DNA of 64,000 bases from Ascoidea asiatica JCM 7603 (Eukaryota > Fungi > Ascomycota). Below the pieces are notes generated by a model. That model was not told the DNA's origin, made no database searches, and saw only the letters and a program-made list of their open reading frames with translations. Positions 12,450-24,348 of the stretch are shown piece after piece. The position numbers and the translations under genes were made by a program. Location of the stretch: contig BCKQ01000001.1 in the NCBI GenBank assembly GCA_001600695.1, positions 847,014-911,013 of the forward strand, in the 5' to 3' direction. Each line of letters opens with the position of its first letter. Within the stretch, counting starts at the first letter, position 1.

Positions 12450-12873
12450 TCAAAGAGATTCATTAATTCAAAGAGCAAAAGATATTACAAATTTAAAAAA
12501 TAAAATAAATCCAGATGAAGAAATTCAAAAAATTTTATTACAAGATATTTTAAAAGAATTTTATGAAGAAGAAAATTTAAATTCAGAAAATTATAATAAG
12601 ATTTTAGAAAAATTATTAAATGAAAAAATTATTAATAAAGATAAATCTCTTAGAAGATTTTTATTAATTGAAATTAATAAATTAGTTTTACCAAGTGAAT
12701 TATTTGGATTTGAAAAAATTAAAAATTGTGTATTTAAAATTGAACCAATGACAATTGAAAATGATTGTTTAACACCAACATTAAAAGTTAAAAGACCAAT
12801 TTGTAAAAAAATGTTTAAAAAAGATATTGAAGAATTATATAAAGAAGGTCTTCTTGAATTAAGAAAATATTAA
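10360..12873 (+). CDS. Long-chain fatty acyl-CoA synthetase (FAA2/ACSL type)
   Basis: [57 protein letters not shown] and LTPTLKVKR. Confidence 0.95.
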
Positions 12874-12920
12874 TAAGAAAATATTAATAACAATAATTAA
12901 TAAATACAATATAAAAGCAA

Positions 12921-12970
12921 TAACCGATGTATAACCGATGTGTAACCGATGTATATCCGATGTGTAACCG
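12921..12970. repeat. 11-bp tandem repeat TAACCGATGTR x4.5
   Basis: taaccgatgta/taaccgatgtg/taaccgatgta/tatccgatgtg/taaccg. Confidence 0.9.
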
Positions 12971-13020
12971 CATTATGCAACTGGATGTCTCTTGGCATTT
13001 CTTGGCGCATCTCGATGCTG

Positions 13021-13027
13021 TTACCCG
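13021..13027 (+). promoter_or_regulatory. Reb1-type site TTACCCG
   Basis: Exact consensus about 180 bp upstream of the ATG at 13206. A second copy lies at 38356-38362. Confidence 0.5.
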
Positions 13028-13205
13028 TTTTTTTCAAACTTAAAGCCAAACTTTAATTTTGGTTTGTAACCCCTAAAAAAAGTTGAAGAAAAAAATTGAA
13101 TTTAATAAAAGTAAGTAAATAAATAAGTAAATAAGTAACTGGTCTTTTATAAAGTTATTGGATATTTACAGTATATATGATAATAAGTAATTAGGAGTAT
13201 TTGAA

Positions 13206-14216
13206 ATGGAGGACAGTTTTCTTATTGAATATGTTTCTTCTAGTTTATTTGTTGTGATTATATTTGTAATAAGAGCATTTTATTTACAATTCTCAATTTC
13301 AAATGTGAATTCAATAGAGGATAAGAATATTAAAGAAAATGAATTTAAAGAGAAGATTAAGAATGAAAAAATACGATATGAAATGTTAAAAGATAAATTA
13401 AAAGAATTGGAAGTTTCAAATAAATCTTTAATTGAAGGTAATGATAATGATGGATATGGATATGGATATGGAGAAGATAATATTTATTATGAATTAAATA
13501 GAATTATGAAAGAGATGAATAAATATGAAGAGATTTATAAGAATTTAAATAATAAAAATAATAAATTTATTAAAGAAATTAAGAATTTAAAAGAGAATAA
13601 GATAATTTATTTAGAAAATGAGATAAATTTAAATTTAAATATTAAAATTAAAGATATAAATAAGAAGATTGAAATGAAAAAGAATGAAATTGAAAATAAT
13701 AATATTTTAAATTTTAAAGAATTCAATGAAATTAATGAAATAAAAGATATTGAAGATATTAAAGAATTTAAGAATAAAATATTATTTAAAAATAATAATT
13801 TTAAAATTCAAATTTATAATTTATCAAATAATTTTCAATTTTTATTTATTAATAATAATTTAAGATTTTTTAAAAATTTTGAATATTATTTTAAAGAATA
13901 TAAATTAGAAATTTTAAATTTAAAAATTAAATTAAATAAAATTAAATTTTATAAATTTATAAATTTAATTCAAAATAATTATAATAAAATTATTAAAAAA
14001 AAAAATTTGAGTTCAAATTTAAATATAGTTAAGATTAAAAGAAGAAATAATAAAAAAAATTCATATAATATTAAAGATATAAAAGAAATAAAAGAAATAA
14101 AGAAAATTGAATTTGAAATAGCATGTTTAAAAGATAATATATATAAAAGAAATGAAGAACATATTCAAAAATTAAATGAAATCAATAATTATAATTCAGA
14201 ATATGGAGGTAATTGA
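13206..14216 (+). CDS. Hypothetical protein: N-terminal hydrophobic helix plus K/E/N-rich coiled coil
   Basis: 336-aa ATG-initiated ORF in extremely AT-rich DNA, so unlikely to be open by chance. No recognisable family. Confidence 0.65.
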   Translation: MEDSFLIEYVSSSLFVVIIFVIRAFYLQFSISNVNSIEDKNIKENEFKEKIKNEKIRYEMLKDKLKELEVSNKSLIEGNDNDGYGYGYGEDNIYYELNRIMKEMNKYEEIYKNLNNKNNKFIKEIKNLKENKIIYLENEINLNLNIKIKDINKKIEMKKNEIENNNILNFKEFNEINEIKDIEDIKEFKNKILFKNNNFKIQIYNLSNNFQFLFINNNLRFFKNFEYYFKEYKLEILNLKIKLNKIKFYKFINLIQNNYNKIIKKKNLSSNLNIVKIKRRNNKKNSYNIKDIKEIKEIKKIEFEIACLKDNIYKRNEEHIQKLNEINNYNSEYGGN

Positions 14217-14728
14217 TCATTTTGAGATATTAATGGATTATATTTAAAATCATTAAAAATATTTTGAAAATATTTTGAAAATTTAAACATTCCACCATTA
14301 TTAAATATTAATAAAGATTTCCAAGTATATAAATAATTTAAACCACCATTTGGATTATTAATTTTAAATAAAATTTCAAATTTATTTGGACCAAACCATG
14401 GAGTAATTAAATTATATGAAATTATATTTTTAAATAATAAAACAAAATTATTAAAGTTATTATTATTATTATTGAATGAAGAAGATGAAGATGAAGATGA
14501 AGATGAAGATGAAGATAAAGATAAAAAAATTAATCTTTTATTTGTAAGATAAAGAATACCATTTGATGAAGATATAATTTCATGATTTTTATTTTCTATT
14601 GGATTTAAATTTATTGATATTCTTTCTAATGATTTAAATTTTAATATTTCATCTTGTAAAAGTATAAAAGGTAATGAATTTGATTCTTTATTCCAATCAG
14701 GTTTAATTTGAAGCCAATTTAAAGACAT
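14189..14728 (-). CDS. WBP2/UPF0664-like PH-GRAM protein with C-terminal PPxY motif
   Basis: MSLNW..., G.LYLTNKRLIF, PWFGPN, F..GG and terminal LPPYSEL. Confidence 0.85.
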   Translation of the reverse strand: MSLNWLQIKPDWNKESNSLPFILLQDEILKFKSLERISINLNPIENKNHEIISSSNGILYLTNKRLIFLSLSSSSSSSSSSSSSFNNNNNNFNNFVLLFKNIISYNLITPWFGPNKFEILFKINNPNGGLNYLYTWKSLLIFNNGGMFKFSKYFQNIFNDFKYNPLISQNDQLPPYSEL

Positions 14729-14882
14729 TTTAGTTCTGTAATTGAATCAACTCTCTATTCTTTCTTTAATATATATCAATCAATATAATCAATATAATCA
14801 ATATAATCTTTATATTCTTTATCTTCAAAAGAAGCTTCGTTTAACAAAATAAAAAAGTCATTGAAAGAAGTCATTTGAGACG

Positions 14883-14890
14883 GTCACGTG
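14883..14890. promoter_or_regulatory. Cbf1-type E-box GTCACGTG
   Basis: Exact consensus in a divergent promoter. Further copies at 22901-22908 and 36866-36875 (GTCACGTGAC). Confidence 0.55.
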
Positions 14891-15132
14891 CGATTATGTA
14901 ATACTGATACAATTTGTTATTGATTTGATTTTTGAAGTTTTTGAAGAAGTGAAAGAAGTGAAAGAAGTGAATATAAAAGAAGATAAAGATTAGAAGATAT
15001 AAAGATTAGAAGATATAAAGAATGAATACAAAGAAGTGAATCTATTGAATTGAATACATTGAATACATTGAATACAGTGATTCAATTGATAGAGTGGTTA
15101 CTTACCTTGTTAGATACATCATTGCTTATACA

Positions 15133-16545
15133 ATGGGTTCCAAGTTCAGAATAACTGAGCTTCCAAGAGAACTAATAATAAGAATTCTATCTTATTTAGA
15201 TCATGATTCATTGTTTATAGTTGGTGAATTAAATTCATATTTCAATTATTTAGTTAATAGTAATCAAATTTGGTTTAATTTATACATTCAAACTTTCTTA
15301 CAACCTTCATATAATCAAAATCTTATCACAAATAACATCAATGATAATAATATCAATAATAATATCAATAATAATAATGGTAATAATTTTTATTTACCAA
15401 ATAATAAAAAAAAATATAAATTTCAAAAAGAATTATATAAAAATTTAATTTATAAAAATAATCAAATTTTAATTAAATTTCCATCTTTATCAAAATCTAT
15501 ATATTGGAAATTAGAATATTTAATAAAATTTGAAATTATTGAAAATTTTTTAAAAAAAACAAATATAAAAAATTATAAAAAAAAAAATATAATTGGTTCT
15601 CCAAATTTATTAATTTCAACTTATCAATTAAATGATAATATTAAAATAAATAAAATAAATTGTGATTTTGAGAAAAATAGATTATTATTATTTAGTTCAA
15701 CTACTTTTAATATGAATATTTGTGATTTAAAACAAGGTAAATCAAATAATTTAATTCAATGTTCTTTATCTTCTTCAAATATTTCAAATTTAAATACCAA
15801 TAACAATAATAACAATAATAACAATAATCAATTATTAAATAATCAATATGAATATTTAATAACTTGTTATGAATTTACAAAAAATTATTATTTAATTGGT
15901 AATTATCTTGGTTCAATATATTTAATGAATTTAAATCAATTAAATCATTCAAATTCTTTTAATTATACTTTTAATTATAAATATATTGGTAAACATTTAA
16001 AAGAAACTGAAGTTACAGACTCCAATGAAAATTCAATTGAAAATTCAATAATTTCAATAAAAATTAATGAAAATTCAAAATTTTTAAATAATAAAAAAAA
16101 AAAATTAGATATTTATAAATTTATAGATTTTATTACTGGTGATATTCATGGAAATTTATATATTTGGAATTTAAATCAAATTAATTCAAATAAAATTTTA
16201 TTAAATTTAAATATCTTTAATAAACCAATATTAAAAATTGAAACTAATTTTAAAGATTTAATATTTATAGAATCTTTAAATAATTCAATTTATTTAATTA
16301 ATTTAATTTTTAATGATAATTTAAATAAATTTAATTATAATTTAATTACCATCAAAAATGAAAATAATATCTCTACAAACAATATCAATTTCAATAACTT
16401 TAATAGAAATTATAATTATTCAAGTATAATAAATTTAATAAATCCAATTGATGAAAGTAAAAAAACTTTTTTAGATATTGATTATAAAAATGATAAAATT
16501 TTTTATAGTTATAATAATCAAATTGAAATTATTAATTATAATAAC

Positions 16546-16582
<37 letters not shown>

Positions 16583-18141
16583 GTTATTTCTTAAATACAA
16601 AAATTTTAAATGATTTAAATGAAGATAAATATATTATTCAAACAAAAATTATAAATAATAAAAAAATTAAAAATAATGATAATGAAAAATTATCTGGTAA
16701 TGATTCAATAATTTTCTCAGTTTTATTTAATAAAGGTAAAATTATTATATATTCAAATGAAAATAATTTAATAATTTTAAAAATTTTCCCAAAATTTTTA
16801 AATATTGAATATAATTTAAATTTAAAAGATATTAATAAACCATTATTAAGTATGGATATAAATAATTTAATTTTAATTGCAAATTCTTTTAATGGATATA
16901 TTATAATTATAAATATTATTAATGGAGAAATTATAAAAGAAATAAAAGATTGTTTGAAAAAAAATGAAATTGAAAAAGCAATGAATATTGAAATGTTTAT
17001 GAATGGATTAATTGGTAATAATAGTATAAATTGTATAAAATTAAATGAATTTAAAATTATTAATAATGATAATAATGATAATAATAATAATAATGATAAA
17101 AATAAAGAAATTGTTGAAAATTTATTAATTAATGGTATAATTGTAATTAATAATATTATTGAATATTTTCAAATATCATATAAAGATTTAAATTATAATT
17201 TTAAAAATTATTTTAATGAAATTAATTATAATTTAAATAAATATAAAGATAAAGATAAGATAAGTAAAATGAATAGAATTTTAAAAGAGAATAAAAAAAA
17301 AAAATTAATTTTAAAAGAAATTATTAATGAAGATATTAAAGATTATGAAATTGAGAATGAGAATAAATTAAATTTTAAGAAAAAAATTGAAGAAAAAATA
17401 AATAAATTTAATGGAATTTTAAATAATGAATTAAATGAAGAAGAAACTTTAAATTTAGCAATTGCAATGAGTGAAAGTTTAAAAATTAATAAAAATGAAA
17501 TTAAAAAAAATGAAATTAATGAAAAAATAAAGAAATTACATCAAGGAAAAGTCAAAGAGGGAGTCCATGATAATATAGAAGAAGAAGAAGAAGAAGAAGA
17601 AGAGGAGGAAGAGGATATTGAATTGAAGAAAGCTATTGAATTGTCATTAAAAGATAATAAATTTGAAAGGATTGATGATTATGAGAATGTTAATTATGAA
17701 AATGATGAATATGAAAATGAAAATGAAAATGAAAATGAAAATGAAAATGAAAATGAAAATGAAGACGAAGATGAAGAGTTTAAGAGAGCTTTAGAATTAT
17801 CTTTAAAAGAATCCAAGAAGGAATCTAAGAAAGAATTGAATGATAATTGGAATAATTGGAATATATTGAAATTGAAAAGGAAAGAACAGAATAATAAAGA
17901 AGAAGATATACTGTATAATAATAATATCAATGAAAAAGATTATAATGATTCTTATAACATTTCTTATAATGAAATGAATAAAGAGAATAAACAAGATAAA
18001 GATAAAGATAATGAAGAAGTAGATGAAGATTTAAAAGCTGCAATTGAATTATCATTAAGAGATATGGATTGTAAGAAAGATAAAAATCAATTAATGAGAA
18101 AATTAGAATTTTTAGGTGAAGGAACAAGTAATTCCAAATAA
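15133..18141 (+). CDS. UFO1: F-box/degenerate WD40 protein with four C-terminal UIMs (Ufo1/Pof10-like)
   Basis: N-terminal F-box ITELPRELIIRILSYL. UIMs: EETLNLAIAMS, DIELKKAIELS, DEEFKRALELS, DEDLKAAIELS. First ATG at 15133. Confidence 0.8.
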
Positions 18142-19501
18142 AAACAAAATTTAAATTTAAGAATCTTTTAATTATTATAATTATTTTAATTATTATTAAA
18201 TTTAATAGAACATTTATTATAAAAAGTTATTATTAATTTATATTAATATGTATTTAGTTGTAATGGATAGGTCTATCTAGATGATATTTAATATTGTAAA
18301 AGTATTTATTGAAGCTATATATTTCGAATTGCTTGATTATTAAAATAAACTATTAATTCTAATAATCAAGGGATTACTTATTTATATAAATGGGATAAAT
18401 CCTATGAATTGATTAGTAATGACACCTAATGCGGAATGGCCCACTAGTGTTCATTACATTAGTAAAATAGACCTTGAGACCAATATTTTGGGTCGTATTC
18501 GGAGTTTATGTCATGCAGTTCATGCAGATATTGAATGTGTAAGTATGCATGATGTATGCGTGTGCGGGTATGCGTGTGCGAGTATGATGTATGTGTGTGC
18601 TTAGAAATTGTGGCGTAAAGATTTAGATATTGCGCGCATTTCGGAATTAGTTTTTGTGTTGCGTTGATTATGATGAAGATGCGTTGCTGTAAATGCGTAC
18701 TAAACGTGTTTCATCTACGCAATTGTATTACAATAGCACTGCAATAGCATTGCAAAAGCGTTCCCAGAGCGGAGTTATCTGATTACAGCGGTGATATTGC
18801 GCGGTTTTGCTCCGCTCGGAAGAACATTGAAATAAGCTGAGCATTGAGCTAATTTGTTTTGGGTGCGAGAAGTCTGAGACAGCGAGAGAAGAGACAGAAG
18901 GAGAAGAAACACCAAAGGAGGAAGAAGAAGAAGAAGAAACAGAAACAGACTCAGACCACGACAAGACAAGACAAGACAAGATAAAACAAAACAAGGTGAG
19001 GGTCAGACGAGTGGGAAGAGAAGAGAACAGAAGAGAACAGAAGTGGGACATTTTTAAGAGGCTGATTGAAGCGAATGAATGTTATTGATAATAAATACAT
19101 TCTCTTCTGTATTCTTTTTCAAATAATTCTGAATTTGTGTCATTGAGTTGATTCTGACTACAAAAGAGGAGATTGAGACTGAAATGACTGGAAGTGATGC
19201 TATTATTATTGTAGTTATTATTGTAGTTATTATTGTAGTTATTATTGTTGTTATTGCAGTTATTGTTATGTTCTTTCTTTCTCTTAGATAAGATTCACCG
19301 CGTATTTTCCAAATTTCGGTTTCACCGCTAGTTAAAATCATACTTAAAATCATAGTCAAAATCTGATAACTCAAATGAAGTTTATTTCAATATGGAAATT
19401 GAATCAAAATTGTAAATGAATAAAATATTTACTATTTAAACAAAAGATATTCCTCTTTATATATTATTTAATATTCATTATTCAATTCAATTATTTTCAA
19501 A

Positions 19502-20302
19502 ATGTCAATGTTTAGAACTCTTCAATCTTCAAAGGATATCATTACAATATTGTAAGTCATTTATTTTCAACTACTTATATAATATATTATACTAATGTAT
19601 ATATCAAATATACATTCATTACTAACAAATATTTTATAATTAATTAGTCATTTATCAACATCTCAAAAATCAATTAATCTTTTAAATACTTTACAAAAAA
19701 ATCAATATATTTATCCATCAAAAGTAAATAATAATACAAATTCAATTTCAATTTCAAATGATGAAAAATCATTATGGAGAAAATTAAAAGATAAAAAAAT
19801 AGAATTTAAAAATAATTTAAAAAATAATTTAAAAAATGATTTAAAAAATGATTTAAGATATAATATTGATATTCAATTAAATAAATTTCCAACTTATAAT
19901 CAATTAAATTTAATTCATAATACAATTAATATTAATCCAATTTGTAAAAAAACTTATTTAGAAACATTTCCAAAATTTTTAAAAATTGATATTAAAAATA
20001 ATTTATCATTATCAAAAGATTTAAATTCAATAAATTTTAAAAATGATATAAAAAATCCATATAAAATTAAAATTAATGATTTAAATTTAATTTCAAAAGA
20101 TGAATATAATAATATTATTAATAATTATAATTTTAATCAAATTATTTTAAATAATATTTTTAATCCTCCATTAATTATTGATTGGTCAAATAATTTAATT
20201 TGTAATAATGATAAAGATTTTATTGAAAAAATTTTAAAACATCATCAAAATGATGATTCTGATGCTATTGACAGAGATCATGATAATGAACTTAACATGT
20301 AA
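19502..20302 (+). CDS. FMP46: Fmp46-like mitochondrial thioredoxin-fold protein (DUF1687); exons 19502-19551 and 19648-20302, 234 aa
   Basis: Intron GTAAGT(19552)...TACTAAC(19620)...TAG(19647). Splicing gives MSMFRTLQSSKDIITIFHLSTSQKS...FPTY.Q...FNPPLIVDWSNN. Not in the ORF track. Confidence 0.85.
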
Positions 20303-20548
20303 TCTCTTCTCTTATCTTCTCTCTTTACTTACTTACTTATATATATATATATCTATTATATATATTCATTTACGTATAATATAATAAATTTTAATTAATA
20401 TTCTTTATATAATATGAAAGTGTATGAATGTCGGATGAATTTATTATTATTATATACAGTATAAAAATAGACTTTTTTGCCGTTTTCGATTCAATCCAAA
20501 GAAAATAAAGCAATAATATATTCAATAACAAAAGGAAGTGAGTAAGTG

Positions 20549-21085
20549 ATGGTGGAATATAAGGAAATATTAATAAATAGATTAGATCAAAGAGATTCAA
20601 ATGAATCTAAAAACATTGAAATATTCATATCCTTTGAGAAATTAATAAATAGAACTCTTAAAGCAGAAAATATTAATAATATTAATAATATTAATAATAA
20701 TAAATTTTATAAAAATGAAGAAATTTTAAATTTAAATAATAATTTAAAAAAACAAAAAATTTTAAATTTAAATTTAATTAAAAAATTAAATTTTAAAATT
20801 GAAGAAAATATTGAAAAAAATAAAGCTTTAAATTTAATTAATGATGATTTATTAGCTTTAAATATTCAAAATAATTTATTAAATAAAAATTTAAATAATT
20901 TAAATTTAGAAAATAAAAATTTAATTAATAAAATTTTAAAATTTCAAGATTTTAATAAAAATTTAATTCAAAATGATGATTTAATTAATTTAAATTTAAA
21001 AAATAATTTCTTATCAAATAAATTAGAACTTTTAGAAATTGAAAATAAAAATTTAATCAATAAATTAAATAGTCTCAGCAAGTAA
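20549..21085 (+). CDS. ATG16: Autophagy protein Atg16-like
   Basis: N-terminal Atg5-binding-type helix (ILINRLDQRDSNE) and coiled coil INDDLLALNIQNNLL......ENKNLI. ATG at 20549. Confidence 0.75.
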   Translation: MVEYKEILINRLDQRDSNESKNIEIFISFEKLINRTLKAENINNINNINNNKFYKNEEILNLNNNLKKQKILNLNLIKKLNFKIEENIEKNKALNLINDDLLALNIQNNLLNKNLNNLNLENKNLINKILKFQDFNKNLIQNDDLINLNLKNNFLSNKLELLEIENKNLINKLNSLSK

Positions 21086-21202
21086 TAAATGAATATATAT
21101 AAAAAGTTAACACCATCTTCTTTTTATTATTGTAGACAGTGCTAACCTTTTTTTCTGCAACAATTAAATAGATCAAAATACCTAGCAAAAACAAGTAGGA
21201 AA

Positions 21203-21274
21203 TTCCGATACCGGGAGTCGAACCCGGGTCTCCTCGGTGAAAGCGAGGTATGATCACCGTTACACTATATCGGA
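21203..21274 (-). tRNA. tRNA-Glu (UUC), intronless
   Basis: TCCGATATAGTGTAACGGTGATCATACCTCGCTTTCACCGAGGAGACCCGGGTTCGACTCCCGGTATCGGAA folds as a cloverleaf with TTC anticodon and GGTTCGA B-box. T-run terminator at 21187-21191. Confidence 0.97.
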
Positions 21275-21447
21275 ATTAGCTTGAAGTAAGTGGAAAATAA
21301 TACAAAAAGAAGAAATTTACAGTTTTCATTTCAATACTAAGAATTTGTACTATATTAACAATATTAATAACTATATTAATACTCTGTAAGTAAGTAAATA
21401 AGTAAGTATTTTTGATTAATGAACATTTATTGTAATTATATTTCATA

Positions 21448-22380
21448 TTATATTTCAGTTGAATTTTCATATTCATACATATCTAAAGCTACAATTGCAC
21501 TTTCTTTAACTACAATCACATCATCTTTTAACATATCATTTAATACAGGTAATACATCATTTGTTGCAATTGCTCCTAAAGCTTCTGCTGCTTCATGTCT
21601 TACCATTGGTGCTTCATCTTTTTTTTTTAAAATTTCAATTAATGATGGTATTATTATTGGATTACAAATTTGTCCAAAAATATAAGCAACTTCATGTTTT
21701 AATAATGCTGAAGGATCTTTAAATGATGATGCTAATGCAAGACATGCTTCATCATTACCAATATCTCTTAATCTAAACATTGCTCTATATCTATTAAATA
21801 AATTTTCATTTTGATTATTTAAAATATTTTTAAGTTCAAAAATTTTATATGATTTTTTAATTGAAAATGGTGGTGCAGGATCAATTGATGTATATAAAGA
21901 TTTTTTTAAAATTTCATTTTTTTTTTTATTTTCATCATTTTCAAAATTTATTTTCTCAATTGCTAATTCACATGTTTGCCTTATTTCAATCATTGAATCA
22001 TTTAAATAATAATATTTTAAAATTGATAATGAATTTTTATCTGATAATGCTCCTAAAGCTTCTGCTGCTTCATGTCTTACCATACATTCTTGATTTTCAT
22101 CTTTTAAAACATTTTGTAAAAAAATTGATGAATATAAATTTTTACTTTGTCCTAAAACATATGCAACTTCATGTTTTAATAATTCTGATTTATCTTTAAA
22201 ACATTCACAAATATATTCAACTGCTAAATTTGATTTTTTTGGTGTAATTTTAAATTCTTCTGCAATTGTTTTAAGTTTAAATAATGCTCTAAATCTTTTA
22301 CCTAAATTTATATCTCCAGATTTATTAATTAAAATATCTCTTAATTCTTCTAAAGAAGATAAATTTTCTTTTTCAACCAT
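21448..22380 (-). CDS. LIA1: Deoxyhypusine hydroxylase
   Basis: Four HE motifs in HEAT-like repeats (LLKHEVAY x2, MVRHEAAEALGA x2) and DPAPP. Confidence 0.97.
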   Translation of the reverse strand: MVEKENLSSLEELRDILINKSGDINLGKRFRALFKLKTIAEEFKITPKKSNLAVEYICECFKDKSELLKHEVAYVLGQSKNLYSSIFLQNVLKDENQECMVRHEAAEALGALSDKNSLSILKYYYLNDSMIEIRQTCELAIEKINFENDENKKKNEILKKSLYTSIDPAPPFSIKKSYKIFELKNILNNQNENLFNRYRAMFRLRDIGNDEACLALASSFKDPSALLKHEVAYIFGQICNPIIIPSLIEILKKKDEAPMVRHEAAEALGAIATNDVLPVLNDMLKDDVIVVKESAIVALDMYEYENSTEI

Positions 22381-22948
22381 TGAAATTTGAATAAACTTAA
22401 CTTTTATATTATTTATATATAAAAAAATATGAAATTAAAATAAATAACTTCTTAACAGTATTTATATTATTCAAATTCGAAAAGAAATAAGAATTTTATT
22501 TGAGAATTAAATCAATTTTAAACTTCGTAAACGATAAATTCATTTTCATTTTCATTTTCATTTAAAAATTTAAAAAATATTTTTTTTATTCACTTTCGGG
22601 TTCCGTTTCAAACTGCGTGACAAATTTCAGCGCATGATTTCCAAGTTTCGTTACTAAACACCCCAAACAAAAATTGCAATGGAGGACTTACGAATTAATT
22701 AAAAAAAACATATTTTCATATTTTAATTAATATTATTAATATTTAGTTTACTTACAAACTGTTTTTAATTTCTTCTTGAAATATTATTCATTTCTTTTAT
22801 TGAAATAAAATTTATCTGTTTATCGGCTACTTAACGGTTAATCAGCGGTTATTAAAAACTTATATTTAGTTAATCAGCCACACAATTTCCATTTATAGAA
22901 GTCACGTGTTTGAGGCTTGTCTTGTTATTTTTATTTCGGATAAACAAA

Positions 22949-23001
22949 GGCTATAGGCTATAGGCTATAGGCTATAAGCAAATGCTATAGGCTATAGGCT
23001 A
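22949..23001. repeat. 7-bp tandem repeat GGCTATA
   Basis: (ggctata)4 agcaaat gctataggctataggcta. Confidence 0.85.
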
Positions 23002-23277
23002 TTACAATTAAATATTCTTTTATTTTAATGGAATTGTTATTGAATTAACAGAGTCATTGAATAAACAGAGTTACTTATTTAAGAAGAGTGAGGTGATGTG
23101 AATAAAATACTTTATATAAAAGAAGAGAAAATGAATTTGAATTGAAGAAAATGAATTTTATTAATAAGCATTTGAATCAAATTTGATTGAAAAGAGATAT
23201 AGAATAATAATAATAATACAGTATGAATAGTAAATGTAATTAAGAGTTCAAACTTAAGAACTATGACTAGAACTAAT

Positions 23278-24204
23278 TTAAAGAATTGGATTTTCTTTTT
23301 TCCATCTATAAATTAAATTATAAAGATCTTTTAAAGTAAATTTTATTGAATTTTCACCAAAAATCTCTATTAATTCTTCCATCACAGTTTTTGTTGTTGA
23401 ACCATGTTTATATAAAATTATTGCTGCTTTTTCTTGTTCTTTTGTAAAAAATCTTAAATTTGCACTAAGTTTTTTATCTGAATATGGTAAATGATTATGA
23501 TTATTATTTAAATGTTCAATAATAAAATTTATATCTGATAATTTTCTTATACCAATTTTATATGGACAATTTGAACGTTTAGATGTTGTAATTCTAATTT
23601 TTTTAATACCATTTAATTTTCTTAAATTATTTCTTGGTTTACCAGATTTATCACATCTATAAATTAATAATTTTGATTTTTTATTTTGTCCTGCACTTAC
23701 AATTGAATAATTTTTTTCTTCTGCAAAATTTTTTATATATTTTATTGCCTCTTTTTTTTCTTCAAAACTTTTTATAGGAACATTTAATATTGAAAATATT
23801 TCATTATTATTATTATTGCTATTGTTATTTTCATTTTCATTTTCATTTTCATTTCCAGATAAATCATTATCTTCTTCTGCTAAATTATCACTATTTAAAT
23901 TATCATCTAAATTCAAATTAATATTATTGATATTATTGAGATTATTAAGATTATTTATATTATTAAAATTGTTAATATTATTATTTATATTATTAAGATT
24001 ATTAAGATTATTAAGATTATTAAGATCATTGTTAATTGTATTAATATTATCAATATTATTAATACTATTACTTAACAAATTTTCTTTTGTCATCATAATT
24101 TGATCAGAATTTTTATCCAAAATTGAATAATTTGATTGATTATTCGAAGGAATTATCATCTGATTCGTTTCCGAAGAATTTGAGGATAAACCATTATTAT
24201 TATG

Positions 24205-24243
<39 letters not shown>

Positions 24244-24348
24244 TTGTAGTTGATTAATTTGATTAAGCTGAGTAAGTTGATTAAGACTAAGTTGAGTAAG
24301 TCGATTGAGTCGATTGAGTTGATTTAGCTGAAATGAATCTTCTTCCAT
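23278..24348 (-). CDS. FAR1/WRKY-GCM1-type (Mutator-transposase-derived) zinc DNA-binding protein with N/Q-rich N-terminus
   Basis: F....EA..YI..FA...NY.I...YRCDKSG...TSKRSNCPYKI...HNH, then a helical segment ending TLKDLYNL. No DDE domain follows. Confidence 0.8.

Noticed and set aside
15098-15108. TACTTACCTT resembling the U1 snRNA 5' end
   Set aside because: It runs straight into the F-box CDS with no U1 stem-loops. No matching branchpoint was found for a minus-strand intron either.
21075-21257. 60-aa ORF on the minus strand
   Set aside because: It overlaps the tRNA-Glu gene.
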